The translations under genes were made by a program, and so were the position numbers. This document shows positions 18,618 to 28,664 of a stretch of 64,000 bases of DNA, in pieces (within the stretch, counting starts at the first letter, position 1; each line of letters begins with the position of its first letter). A model generated the notes under the pieces. The model was not told the origin of the DNA and made no database searches. It saw only the letters and a program-made list of their open reading frames with translations. The stretch comes from Minisyncoccota bacterium (GTDB lineage Bacteria > Patescibacteriota > Minisyncoccia > Phycocordibacterales > UBA1006), in contig JALEGN010000016.1 of assembly GCA_022763365.1 (NCBI GenBank), forward strand, positions 5,556 to 69,555, given 5' to 3'.

Positions 18618-19460
18618 CTATACCAACTGGTATAGTTTTTTTGCATTTGCTATGATTTGCCCTGCCATTTCATCTTCGGGAACTTTTTTAATTTTAGCTA
18701 TCTTACGGAGGACATACCTTACATGCGATGGTTCATTTCGTTCACCACGGTATGGATGTGGAGTAACATAAGGCGCATCAGTTTCAGAAAGAATTTTAGT
18801 CATAGGAACATGTTTTACTAATTTTTCATATACGCCAGCAAAAGTTACAACACCAGTGAAGGAAATATAAAAACCTAATTCAATAAATTCATCAATAATC
18901 TCTTTAGTTCCAGCAAAAAAATGTGCCTGACCACGTAAATTCCCTTTCTCACAGTATTCTCTCAAAATTACTAAGACATCTTCGTAGGCATCCATAGAAC
19001 CTTCTGACGGACGCACATGCAGCATTAACGGAAGATCCAGCTCAAGCGCTAACTCAATTTGCTGCCTAAAGGCTTTTTCTTGGGCTTCTTTGGTATCTTT
19101 GTCATTTCGATAATAATCAAGTCCACATTCACCAATTCCGACAACCTTTTTTGAAGAAAGTGCGAGTTCTTTATAATAATCATAATTAAAGACTTCTCCT
19201 CGAGAAGTAAATTCATCACCTTCATCACCAACCTCGTCATGATTATGAAAATGTTTACTGGTATGGATAGGATGGAGGCCTACCATTGCATACAAATGAT
19301 CATGATTATTTGCCAACTGTACTCCTAAAGCTGAGGTATCTTTTTGGGTACCAATATTAATAACCATAACATCATCATTTTTTGTACGCTCAATTACCTG
19401 ATTTCTGTCTTCGTCATAAATAACAAAATTCATGTGAGCATGCGTATCAATATATTTCAT
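18618..19460 (-). CDS. tatD: TatD-family metal-dependent DNase/hydrolase
   Basis: IDTHAHM, GECGLDYY, HVR… and SETDAPY motifs. Confidence 0.85.
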   Translation of the reverse strand: MKYIDTHAHMNFVIYDEDRNQVIERTKNDDVMVINIGTQKDTSALGVQLANNHDHLYAMVGLHPIHTSKHFHNHDEVGDEGDEFTSRGEVFNYDYYKELALSSKKVVGIGECGLDYYRNDKDTKEAQEKAFRQQIELALELDLPLMLHVRPSEGSMDAYEDVLVILREYCEKGNLRGQAHFFAGTKEIIDEFIELGFYISFTGVVTFAGVYEKLVKHVPMTKILSETDAPYVTPHPYRGERNEPSHVRYVLRKIAKIKKVPEDEMAGQIIANAKKLYQLV

Positions 19461-19482
19461 ATCACTAGTCTACATAGACACA

Positions 19483-19512
19483 TAAAAAAAGCGACTTAGG
19501 AGTCGCTTTTTA
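19483..19512 (-). terminator. Terminator
   Basis: gcgact-tagg-agtcgc flanked by an A7 run and a T5 run. Confidence 0.45.
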
Positions 19513-19732
19513 ATTGCTTTGTAAGATATCGTGCCCTATCTTGGGCTTCTTGTAGGGTAATTTTCTGCTTAAATCTCTTAATGGATATTGAAATTTTATT
19601 TACAAATGTTCCCTGTACCGTTATTTGGTTAATAATCCATTCTTGTACTTTTTGGGAATTTTTCTCAAGCGTACGTGCAAGAGATCCATCATCAAGAAGC
19701 CAATGCTCTGATTTTTTAATCTCTTTTTTCAT
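19496..19732 (-). CDS. Small hypothetical protein
   Basis: 78-aa ORF, co-oriented with and immediately downstream of the ATP-grasp gene. Confidence 0.3.
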   Translation of the reverse strand: MKKEIKKSEHWLLDDGSLARTLEKNSQKVQEWIINQITVQGTFVNKISISIKRFKQKITLQEAQDRARYLTKQLKSDS

Positions 19733-19761
19733 AACAAATAAGCTTTGTAACCATTATATCA

Positions 19762-20775
19762 TTAAAAACCTAGTTTTTTTGATTTAATATCTTTCAAGAT
19801 TTGTTTATATAATTTTTCGATTCTCGTATAGGCTTTTATATTAAGCTCTGAAAAATTATGAAATCCAGGTGAGGCATTTAATTCTAGGAAATACCACATA
19901 TTCTTCTTTGGTTTTTTGGTAATATCTCCTTTCACCATAAGATCAACACCACAAAGGCGAAGACCTAAATCAGCTGCCGCTTTAATAGCTGCTGTTTTAT
20001 AATCATCATGAATAATGTCGCTGACATCTTCTGCATAACCACCAGCTGAGAGATTAGCATTGTCGAGCAGGCAGACTCTCTCACCTCGCTCTGGAATAGT
20101 TTTCAATGATTTTTTTTGTCGCTTAAGAACTGATTTTATTTTTTGGATATCAAGGGCGAATTTTCTACTTGAGTCTTGGTATTCTACAATTCTCTCATCT
20201 AAGAGTTCTTGAATATTTGAACCTCCATCACCTGTTACGGTTAATGGCATTCTCCTGTAGGCCGAAATAAATTTGTTGTTATAGACCAAGATACGGTAAT
20301 CATCTCCTGTGAAGAATTTTTGAACAAGAACCTTGTCATAATTTTTAAAGAGTTTAAAAAGTGCTTTCTTCAAAGATTTTTCATCATCGACACGTTCTAC
20401 ACCATTTCCCTGTAATCCTTCATTTGGTTTAACAATCAGTGGATATGAGAGTTTATTTCCAAATTGAATTGCCTCGACAATACCCTTATCAATACCATTA
20501 TCCGCACAGTAATCTTCAGAATAAAAAACATCACTTTTGATAATTGGGTATTTATTCTTTTTAAGAAAGGCATCAGTATAATGTTTATTCCCCGCAAGCA
20601 TATACGGACCTATTCGATTCACACGAATATCACCTCGCGTAATATAATGTTTGACTCCATTATCAAACTCAATACAACCAAAATCACCTTTTTTCCAATC
20701 AAGATGAAGTCGGTAATTAAACTCTGTTTTGAGTTTTTTTAAGATTTGCATATTAAAAGTAATGCGTTTTTTCAT
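19762..20775 (-). CDS. ATP-grasp ligase, cyanophycin-synthetase (CphA) N-terminal/ATP-grasp-domain-like, lacking a Mur-ligase domain
   Basis: …YPLIVKPNEGLQGNGV…KVLVQKFFTGDDYRILVYNNKFISAYRRMPLTVTGDGGSNIQELLDE… closely parallels the CphA G-domain (…VVIKP.DGNHGRG…GDDYRVLV.NGK..A.A.R.PA.V.GDG.ST…). Confidence 0.6.
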   Translation of the reverse strand: MKKRITFNMQILKKLKTEFNYRLHLDWKKGDFGCIEFDNGVKHYITRGDIRVNRIGPYMLAGNKHYTDAFLKKNKYPIIKSDVFYSEDYCADNGIDKGIVEAIQFGNKLSYPLIVKPNEGLQGNGVERVDDEKSLKKALFKLFKNYDKVLVQKFFTGDDYRILVYNNKFISAYRRMPLTVTGDGGSNIQELLDERIVEYQDSSRKFALDIQKIKSVLKRQKKSLKTIPERGERVCLLDNANLSAGGYAEDVSDIIHDDYKTAAIKAAADLGLRLCGVDLMVKGDITKKPKKNMWYFLELNASPGFHNFSELNIKAYTRIEKLYKQILKDIKSKKLGF

Positions 20776-20791
20776 ACCGCGAAATCATAAC

Positions 20792-20822
20792 AAAAAAAGC
20801 ACCTATTTACTAGTGCTTATGA
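20792..20822 (-). terminator. Terminator after metG
   Basis: agcac…gtgct hairpin flanked by an A7 run. Confidence 0.4.
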
Positions 20823-22292
20823 ATCCATGCGTACGAACAAAGGTTGTTCTGGGATTTTTACCTCTGTTAAACAATTTTGAATTGTTGCAGCGGTTTCTGG
20901 CATCACTGGATAGAGGCTGATTGCCAGACGAGATAATTCAGTTGCGAGGTGTTTTAAATCTCGGTGTGCTGTTTCAGGATCTTCTTTAATTTTTTTAAAG
21001 GGTTTATGTTCAGCAATAAATTGATCCATATCTCCAATCAATCGCCAAATTTCATCCATCATTTTATTAAAATCTCGTTCTTTTTCGATAGTCGATGAGT
21101 GAAAAGATAATACTGGTTCATGGTCAAAATTAATATCAGAAATATCTACTTCATAACTGGTAATCATTTTCATAAGACGTTGAACAAGATTCCCTAAACC
21201 ATTAGCCAAGTTTGCATTGTAGGCTTCGTGGAATTTTTCCATCGTCATATCTGAATCCTCAAAGGAGTTCATATGCCTGAGTAAATAATACCGCAAGGCC
21301 TCAGCTCCATATTTTTCAACAATGTCATATGGATCAATAACATTCCCTAACGATTTAGACATTTTCTGTCCTCCTGAATTAATAAACCCATTAATGATAA
21401 TTTGATGGCTGTTAGGCAATCCAGCTGCATGGAGCATGGATTGCCACATGGCTGATTGCTGGCGCAGATTATCTTTCCCGGCATATTGAATAGGTTTCCC
21501 TTCTATCCAGAATTTCTCAAAGGTATCAAGGTCGCCATCCCATCCTAAGGTTGAAATGTAATTCACTAAGGCATCAAACCATACGTACATAACATGCTCA
21601 TCATCTCCTGGCACCGGGATACCCCATGGCATTTTTGTTTTTAATCGTGAGATAGAAAAATCTTGTAATCCACCATCAACGAATGATTTTATTTCGTTAA
21701 ATCTAAAATCAGGTACCACAAAATCAGGACGTTCTTTATATAATTCTTTGAGGAAATTTTCACACTTAGAGAATTTAAAGAAGTAGTTTTCTTCATCAAT
21801 TATTTCAATTTCTCGATTTGGATGAATAGGACATTTTCCATCAACTAATTCTGAATCTGTTTTATACAGTTCACAACCTACACAATATTTTGCTTGGTAC
21901 GATTTTTTGTAAATATAACCGTTATCATTACATCGCTGCCAAAATGATTGAGCTGCCTTGATATGATGTTCATCGGTTGTCCGAATAAAATGAATATCTT
22001 CTTTGAGATGAAGTAATTCAATAAGACCCTTAAAGTCTTCAGCGTAAGGATCAACGTATGATTGTGGGTCAAGATTTGCTGCTTGAGCGTTTTCATAAAT
22101 TTTTACCCCGTGTTCATCAGTTCCTGTATTAAAAAACACCTCATGTCCTGACAGAGTGTAGTAACGAGCCAAAGCATCAGCTCGAATAATTTCCATAGCA
22201 AAACCAACATGTGGTTTTGAATTTACATACGGTAGCGTTGTTGTTATATATTGTGGTGTTTTCATACTATTTTTCTCTTGGTTTTGGAACAA
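20817..22292 (-). CDS. metG: Methionyl-tRNA synthetase
   Basis: Class I motifs PYVNSKPHVGF (HIGH-type) and KMSKSLGN, plus CxxC knuckles. Confidence 0.92.
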   Translation of the reverse strand: MFQNQEKNSMKTPQYITTTLPYVNSKPHVGFAMEIIRADALARYYTLSGHEVFFNTGTDEHGVKIYENAQAANLDPQSYVDPYAEDFKGLIELLHLKEDIHFIRTTDEHHIKAAQSFWQRCNDNGYIYKKSYQAKYCVGCELYKTDSELVDGKCPIHPNREIEIIDEENYFFKFSKCENFLKELYKERPDFVVPDFRFNEIKSFVDGGLQDFSISRLKTKMPWGIPVPGDDEHVMYVWFDALVNYISTLGWDGDLDTFEKFWIEGKPIQYAGKDNLRQQSAMWQSMLHAAGLPNSHQIIINGFINSGGQKMSKSLGNVIDPYDIVEKYGAEALRYYLLRHMNSFEDSDMTMEKFHEAYNANLANGLGNLVQRLMKMITSYEVDISDINFDHEPVLSFHSSTIEKERDFNKMMDEIWRLIGDMDQFIAEHKPFKKIKEDPETAHRDLKHLATELSRLAISLYPVMPETAATIQNCLTEVKIPEQPLFVRMDS

Positions 22293-23340
22293 TAACGGTT
22301 ACTTCTTCATGCTCAATAAGTGGTTCTCGTTGTTTTGATTTCACTTTTTCTGATTCTGCAATAATTTCCATAGCAAAGAGTGCTAGTGGTATTGCAAGTA
22401 CTAGTCCATATAATCCAAATAATTTAGTTCCAATGAATACTGAAATAATAACCAACAATGATGGAACCCCTGTTAATTTATTTACAATCAATGGAGCAAG
22501 AACAAGATCAAGAATCTGTTGCAAAATAACATAGAAAGCAATAATTCCAAGACCCATCCAAATACCACCTTGTGCTGCTCCAAGTGCTGCAGCTGGCAAG
22601 AGTGCTAAGAAAATACCATAAGGAACTAATCCAAAAACTCCCGCTAAGAGCGCTAAAATAAAGGCATAGGGTACGCCAAAGAGTGCAAGTCCTCCATAGG
22701 TAAGCACCGTAAGGATCAAAGCAATAATAAGCTGACCTCTAAACCATGAACCTACTTTACGTTGAACGCGATGCCAAAGAGAAACAACAGCTTCTTCATA
22801 CTTTAAAGGTGTGAAAATACGCAACATGGAATCAATTCCTTTTTCTTGAACACTTAGGTAAAAAGAAACCACAAAAATAATGAGTAAATTAAGAACTCCT
22901 CCGAAAAAACTAAGTGCTGATGTTTGAAATTGTTCACGAATTTCTTCGTTTTGTAATTGTTCTAATACATTACCAATACTTGCTGAATCAAGATTTGTAT
23001 TTATTTGTGAAAATAATGTATTTGATTCGATAAAGGTTTGTAATTCTGGATACACCAATGCTAAATCAGCAATTTCTCGAGCTAGTACCGGAATAACGAA
23101 AAGGAAGGTAATTCCAAATACTAATATTGCCAATACATAAAAAATAACGACAGCTGGGACCCGAGGGATTTTATATTTTTTAACGGTCTGAACAAAATCT
23201 TCAATAAAAGTTGAAAAGATTAACCCTGCCCCAAGAACAAGTAAAAAATCTCCAATCGTCCATAAGGCATAAATTAAAATACCAATAAGAGCGACTTCAA
23301 AAAGATTATGTTTATCAAAATGAATACGTACATCTTTCAT
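22267..23340 (-). CDS. AI-2E family (PerM/UPF0118) transporter-like membrane protein
   Basis: 357-aa protein with 7-8 TM helices and a typical AI-2E profile. Confidence 0.55.
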   Translation of the reverse strand: MKDVRIHFDKHNLFEVALIGILIYALWTIGDFLLVLGAGLIFSTFIEDFVQTVKKYKIPRVPAVVIFYVLAILVFGITFLFVIPVLAREIADLALVYPELQTFIESNTLFSQINTNLDSASIGNVLEQLQNEEIREQFQTSALSFFGGVLNLLIIFVVSFYLSVQEKGIDSMLRIFTPLKYEEAVVSLWHRVQRKVGSWFRGQLIIALILTVLTYGGLALFGVPYAFILALLAGVFGLVPYGIFLALLPAAALGAAQGGIWMGLGIIAFYVILQQILDLVLAPLIVNKLTGVPSLLVIISVFIGTKLFGLYGLVLAIPLALFAMEIIAESEKVKSKQREPLIEHEEVTVIVPKPREK

Positions 23341-23373
23341 ATCTTTATAGTATCACAGCGTAGATTAATAGTA

Positions 23374-23403
23374 AGAAAAAAACCATCAATAATGATGGTT
23401 ATA
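23374..23403 (-). terminator. Terminator
   Basis: aaccatca-ataa-tgatggtt flanked by an A7 run. Confidence 0.45.
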
Positions 23404-23797
23404 TATTTATACGAAGATTTGGAGGTAACACCTCAATAGAAAATGCACCGGCGCTATGATATAAACTATTTGCTAGCCAGCTTCTTCCAAGATATCGGAG
23501 TTCTTTATTATCATTTAGATAAATAACAATATCAGATTTCGAATCCTTACTAGAAGGTACTGGTAGTGCATACAAAATCTCAAAAGCTTTTGTGGCTGAT
23601 CGTACAAGATCTTTTTTCTTAAAAGGTTTTAAGAGGTTCGTTCGTGTTTCTGAGCCTGTAGTACAAATACTTTTTCTTGTACTTTTAGTAAGAATTTTGA
23701 TTTTTTTATCAGCACTATCAAGAATATTAATAAATTCTAAAGTATGATGTTGATTCTGTCTTGTATCAAAAGCTTCTTTAGTATTGATATAATTCAT
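23399..23797 (-). CDS. Hypothetical protein
   Basis: 132-aa ORF. Confidence 0.3.
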   Translation of the reverse strand: MNYINTKEAFDTRQNQHHTLEFINILDSADKKIKILTKSTRKSICTTGSETRTNLLKPFKKKDLVRSATKAFEILYALPVPSSKDSKSDIVIYLNDNKELRYLGRSWLANSLYHSAGAFSIEVLPPNLRINI

Positions 23798-23883
23798 TTG
23801 TTTTTATTTTTAATTATTTTAGGTATTTATTTAGAATAAATCAAATATTATATTTCGTATTTCAATAATGCTACAATACCAAT

Positions 23884-25263
23884 ATGGAATTTATTGAACT
23901 CTTAACAATGCTGGTTGCTATTATTTTTGCTTCAAAAGTTATTGCGAAAATTACTGGAACCGTAGACATTCTTTGGTATATTCTCCTTGGTCTGGTAGGA
24001 ACACAGTATGTGTTTCATATTGATAGTGGATTGTTGGATAATTGGGCTACCTTAGGAGTTATTTTTATTATGTTCTACGCAGGTTGGCGGGAAGATTTAC
24101 TTTCATTTATTGGCGGTATTTGGAAACATAAATGGGTTGCCTTAACTGGTGCCATTGGACCCTTCCTCGGTGGATTATTAGCCTATTACCTCTTAAATTT
24201 TTCAACTACGGAAGCCATTGTTGCTGGATTTGTGTTCACCTCAACAGCGATTCCCTATACGATTGGTGTCTTGAGGAGTTTAGGACTTGAAAAAACCAAG
24301 GCTGCCAAAGCTGCAACCTCAGCATCAGTGGCTGATAATTTTCTCTCTATTTTATTAGCCGTAGGAATTCTACCAGCCTATGCTCTTTTAATTACCTCTA
24401 AAGGTGGTGATGTATCATTTGCTGAAATTTGGATTGATTTAGCGAAACAAGTTGGGCTCATTATTGGAGCCTTTGGAATCTTTGGGCTTCTTGGACTTCT
24501 TATTCTTCCTGATGCGCGAATGCATATGCGTATGAATGTGCCGAATTTTATGCAACGTGATGGTATTTTAGCCCGCATTACCTACATGGTATATAAATTA
24601 CGTAAAGCACCAGGATTTTATGAGGTATCAAAAGCAATGGCAAACCTTCGGATTGGTATCCCCATGACTCTTTTGTTGATTTTTTCACTAGCATGGCTGG
24701 CTCATCATATGGGTCTGCACCCTGCTATTACTGCCTACCTGACCGGACTCATTCTCCACGTTGAGATGTATCATGAGACAGAAGTAAGCGATGTTACTCA
24801 TGAAGAAACACCAATTACCTATAAAAACCTTGGGGTATTCTTCTATTTTGTTCAAGAATGGATAGGTCCTATTTTCTTTATCCACCTTGGTTCACAATTA
24901 GTAGCGGATTGGTCGCAGGCTGGTCATATTATTGTCTATGGAATTATTGCAGGAGTTATGGTTGCCTTCTTCCAGTTTTGGTCTGCATATTTTGCCGGCA
25001 TTAAAACCTCCGGATTACCAGAACATGAAGCAACACTCCTTGGTCTTGGAATGCTGCCGTACGATATTGTTGCCTTTGTTGTTCTTGGGATTGCAACCGA
25101 TACCGGACTCATCAGCGCTGAAGGTAATTTTGTTATCACGGTGATTATTACTATCTTAGTGATTAATATTTTAACCTCAGTTATGATGTTCTGGTATAAA
25201 CCTCAATACCTCAGGCAACAAGCCTATCTAGAAAGTCAAAACAAAAAAACCACTACCTTATAG
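23884..25263 (+). CDS. Cation:proton antiporter family membrane protein
   Basis: 459-aa protein with ~12 TM helices and a CPA-like layout. Confidence 0.5.
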   Translation: MEFIELLTMLVAIIFASKVIAKITGTVDILWYILLGLVGTQYVFHIDSGLLDNWATLGVIFIMFYAGWREDLLSFIGGIWKHKWVALTGAIGPFLGGLLAYYLLNFSTTEAIVAGFVFTSTAIPYTIGVLRSLGLEKTKAAKAATSASVADNFLSILLAVGILPAYALLITSKGGDVSFAEIWIDLAKQVGLIIGAFGIFGLLGLLILPDARMHMRMNVPNFMQRDGILARITYMVYKLRKAPGFYEVSKAMANLRIGIPMTLLLIFSLAWLAHHMGLHPAITAYLTGLILHVEMYHETEVSDVTHEETPITYKNLGVFFYFVQEWIGPIFFIHLGSQLVADWSQAGHIIVYGIIAGVMVAFFQFWSAYFAGIKTSGLPEHEATLLGLGMLPYDIVAFVVLGIATDTGLISAEGNFVITVIITILVINILTSVMMFWYKPQYLRQQAYLESQNKKTTTL

Positions 25264-26532
25264 TGGTTTTTTTAGTGCTGTTTTAAATGATCTTATTTCT
25301 TTTTGCGCATGAGGACCAACAATGGCAAGGTGAAGTAGTTCATTTTTACAATATTTACGAGTCACACGTTTGATATCAGCAGCAGTAACAGCATTAATTT
25401 CCTTAATCAATTCTTTTAAAGATACTAGTGGCCGTTCCTGTAATAATCGATAGCCATAAAAATGAGATTGAGCACTCGTAGATTCCATACTCATAATCAA
25501 ATTACCAGTTAAATATTTCTGAGTCTTCTTAAGTTCTTTCTCTGAAATACCATTTTCTTTAATATCCACTAAAATACCCACGACATGAGAAAGTACTTCA
25601 GAGACTCTATTTGAATCAAGTCCTGAAGAAATACGTAATGAACCGCTATCAGTATGCATATAATGATAAGCAGAAATATAATACCCTGCCCCTAATTCTT
25701 CTCGGACTTTTTCAAAGAGCCTAGATGACATACCACCACCGAGTGCGACTGCCAGAAATGAAAGTGCTGGATAGTCTTTGTGGTTATTACCAACTGTTGG
25801 AAAACCAAGAACAAGGTGAGATTGTTCAGTTTTTTTAGTAATAACCTTTATCGCTGATTTTTTAGTAATTTTGGTTTTTTTCTTCTTTGTTTTTGAACTC
25901 TTTGTAGTATCTGAAAATTTTTCAGCCACTGTTTGAAAAATTTCTTTGGCTAATATATCACCAGCAACAATCACTACAGTATTTTCAGGAATGTAATATT
26001 TTTGGTGATACTGCACGAAATCCTCTTGGTTGAATTTAAGAATATTTTCCTTTGGACCTAATATCGTGCGTCCTGCCGGCTGATCACCGTAGAGTATTTC
26101 ATCAAAAGTATCAGCTGCTACTGAACTTGGATCATCATTGTACATATTTATCTCGCCAATAATGACACCTTTTTCTCGTTCAATTTCTGGTTGTGGAAAC
26201 GAAGGATTTTGGAAAATATCAAGTGCAACAGCGAGTGTTTTTTTCCAATATCGTCTTGCTGATTTAACATGATAACCCGTAATTTCATCATCAGTAAAAG
26301 CATTTGTACGACAACCTAAACCATCGAGAAAATGCATGATCTCTCGCCCTGAACGATTATCAGTTCCCTTGAAACACATATGCTCAAGAAAATGGGAAAT
26401 ACCATTCATTTCTTTCGTTTCATATTGGCTTCCTGTTTTAACTAAAACCTCTACAAGAACAGATTTCCCAGAATGAGGTAAAGCAATAATCCGGAGTCCA
26501 TTTGGAAGTGTTTTAATTTTTGGTTTTTTCAT
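25258..26532 (-). CDS. M16-family (insulinase/pitrilysin-like) zinc peptidase
   Basis: Inverted zinc motif HFLEHMCFKGT (HxxEH). Confidence 0.75.
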   Translation of the reverse strand: MKKPKIKTLPNGLRIIALPHSGKSVLVEVLVKTGSQYETKEMNGISHFLEHMCFKGTDNRSGREIMHFLDGLGCRTNAFTDDEITGYHVKSARRYWKKTLAVALDIFQNPSFPQPEIEREKGVIIGEINMYNDDPSSVAADTFDEILYGDQPAGRTILGPKENILKFNQEDFVQYHQKYYIPENTVVIVAGDILAKEIFQTVAEKFSDTTKSSKTKKKKTKITKKSAIKVITKKTEQSHLVLGFPTVGNNHKDYPALSFLAVALGGGMSSRLFEKVREELGAGYYISAYHYMHTDSGSLRISSGLDSNRVSEVLSHVVGILVDIKENGISEKELKKTQKYLTGNLIMSMESTSAQSHFYGYRLLQERPLVSLKELIKEINAVTAADIKRVTRKYCKNELLHLAIVGPHAQKEIRSFKTALKKPL

Positions 26533-27148
26533 AAATAGTTGGAATAGCCATAAAAAGTATGAATATAAAGGTAAAAGTGACAGACATTAGCACAACAGGT
26601 TTATGTAGTGCTGGTTGCAATACAGCTTCATGTACCGTCATAAAGAGATTATTTGGGTCACGTACAACATCCCAAGTATTAAAACGAATATATCTTCCTA
26701 AATAGATACCAAATCCTGAAAGAACACCAATAATACATATAAACCAATATCCCCAATTCATATGTTTTTTAATAAGGTGACTTGTTCCAATCCACGAAAC
26801 CATTCCAGCAATCGTATATAAGAAAATCATTATTCCGTCATACCAAAGAATTGATCGCGGCCCAACATCAGCCAGGTGGATAAAGTCTGTCACAATATAA
26901 GGAGAATTCGGTAAAAACCCAAGCCATAAGATAAAGGCTAAAAGTTTTACATAAACATTTTTAACGTACATAAACAACCATGCAAAAAAGATAGGCACCA
27001 ACGCCAAGAAAAGATTCCAATTCAGCCAGGCATAGGATAAATTATCCGCTAAGCCAAGGCGACCAATATTTAATACCATCGCTCCTAGAGAAAAGAGTCC
27101 GACAATATAGAGTAGACGTTTCATGGTCATGATACTTTTATTGTACAT
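26513..27148 (-). CDS. Integral membrane protein (DUF1361-like)
   Basis: 211-aa protein with multiple TM helices. Confidence 0.4.
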   Translation of the reverse strand: MYNKSIMTMKRLLYIVGLFSLGAMVLNIGRLGLADNLSYAWLNWNLFLALVPIFFAWLFMYVKNVYVKLLAFILWLGFLPNSPYIVTDFIHLADVGPRSILWYDGIMIFLYTIAGMVSWIGTSHLIKKHMNWGYWFICIIGVLSGFGIYLGRYIRFNTWDVVRDPNNLFMTVHEAVLQPALHKPVVLMSVTFTFIFILFMAIPTIYEKTKN

Positions 27149-27191
27149 AATTCATGAACTCTTCCAATAAAAAACACCGATGTGGTGTTTT

Positions 27192-28583
27192 TTATAAAGA
27201 TAATTTTTCCTTGAAGTAATTCTTTAATTCATCAATGGAAATGCGTTCTTGTTCTGCAGTGTCACGGTGACGGATTGATACGGTCGCAAAGTCCGCGTGG
27301 TCTTCATCTAAGGTATCGTAATCAACAACGACACAAAATGGTGTTCCAATTTCATCTTGTCTACGGTAACGTTTTCCGACATTTCCATTATCATCCCAAG
27401 CTACATTACCAAACTCAGCCTTAAGGATGCCAAATACCTCATTAGCCTTTTCTACAATATGCTCTTTGTTTTTTACTAAAGGTGACACGGCAATTTTATA
27501 GGGTGCCACATTTGGTTTCAAAGCAAGGTATGAACGAGTATTTCCATCAACTTCATCCTCAGTATAGGCAGAAGTTAAGATAGCTAAAATTGTTCGATCT
27601 AATCCCATTGATGGTTCAATGACATGGGGTACAAAGGTTTCACCTCTGTGTGGGTCGGTATATTGTAATTTTGCCTTGGCATATTCGGCATGCTTTTTAA
27701 GGTCATAATCACCACGATAGGCTAAACCAAAGAGTTCTTTTTGACCAAAAGAATAGTCAAACTCAAAATCAATGGTGCGTTCTGAATAATGTGCTCGGTC
27801 TTCTTCTCCAATTTCTACCTCATACAATTTATTCATATCAATACCAATCATTTCCGACCACTCGTTCATTTCTTCTCTCCAGTAATCAAATTGGTTTTTC
27901 CAATCATCTGGATGGATGAAATATTCAATTTCCATTTGCTCTAATTCACGTAGTCTGAAAATAAAGTTTCTTGGCGTAATTTCATTTCGATAGGCTTTCC
28001 CTATCTGTGCAACTCCAAAAGGAAGCTTTGGATGCATTGAATCCATAATATTTTTATAATTTACAAAAATCCCTTGAGCTGTTTCTGGACGTAAGTAGGC
28101 AGTAGATGATGAATCAGATGATGAACCTAATTGGGTTTTGAGCATAAGATTAAATTCTCGCACGTCGCCTAATTTATTCCCTTCCGGAGAGAGAATGTTA
28201 TTGTCTTTCAGAGCTTGCGACATTTCATCTATACTCATCCCTTCAGGATTAATACCAGCATCTTCCAAAAGATGATCAGCTCGATATTCTTTTTCAGTTT
28301 TAACATCATCAACCAAAGGATCAGAAAATCCACCTACATGACCTGATGCAGTGAGAGCTTTTTCACCCATAATAATTGCTGAGTCCAAGAGGTAGGTATC
28401 TCGCCTCTCTTCAACAAATTTCTTAATCCAGAGATTTTTAATATTATTCTTTAACAGTGAACCAAGCGGCCCATAATCATAGATACCTGAGAGTCCTCCA
28501 TAAAGTTCTCCAGCCTGAAAAATGAAACCTCGGTTTTTACACAGTGAGATAATTTTTTCCATCAATTGTTCATCAGTATTCAT
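27192..28583 (-). CDS. glyS: Glycyl-tRNA synthetase (alpha2 dimeric type)
   Basis: The N-terminus FIFQAGELYGGLSGIYDYGPLGSLLK and class II motifs are typical of archaeal/eukaryote-type GlyRS. Confidence 0.85.
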   Translation of the reverse strand: MNTDEQLMEKIISLCKNRGFIFQAGELYGGLSGIYDYGPLGSLLKNNIKNLWIKKFVEERRDTYLLDSAIIMGEKALTASGHVGGFSDPLVDDVKTEKEYRADHLLEDAGINPEGMSIDEMSQALKDNNILSPEGNKLGDVREFNLMLKTQLGSSSDSSSTAYLRPETAQGIFVNYKNIMDSMHPKLPFGVAQIGKAYRNEITPRNFIFRLRELEQMEIEYFIHPDDWKNQFDYWREEMNEWSEMIGIDMNKLYEVEIGEEDRAHYSERTIDFEFDYSFGQKELFGLAYRGDYDLKKHAEYAKAKLQYTDPHRGETFVPHVIEPSMGLDRTILAILTSAYTEDEVDGNTRSYLALKPNVAPYKIAVSPLVKNKEHIVEKANEVFGILKAEFGNVAWDDNGNVGKRYRRQDEIGTPFCVVVDYDTLDEDHADFATVSIRHRDTAEQERISIDELKNYFKEKLSL

Positions 28584-28635
28584 AAAAACAGTGTACCTGA
28601 AGCAATAAAATATTCAAAAATAAGTTGATACCAAA

Positions 28636-28664
28636 TAAAAAAACAGGAAGTTTCCTGTTTTTTA
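28636..28664 (-). terminator. Terminator
   Basis: aacaggaa-gt-ttcctgtt followed by a T6 run. Confidence 0.45.
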
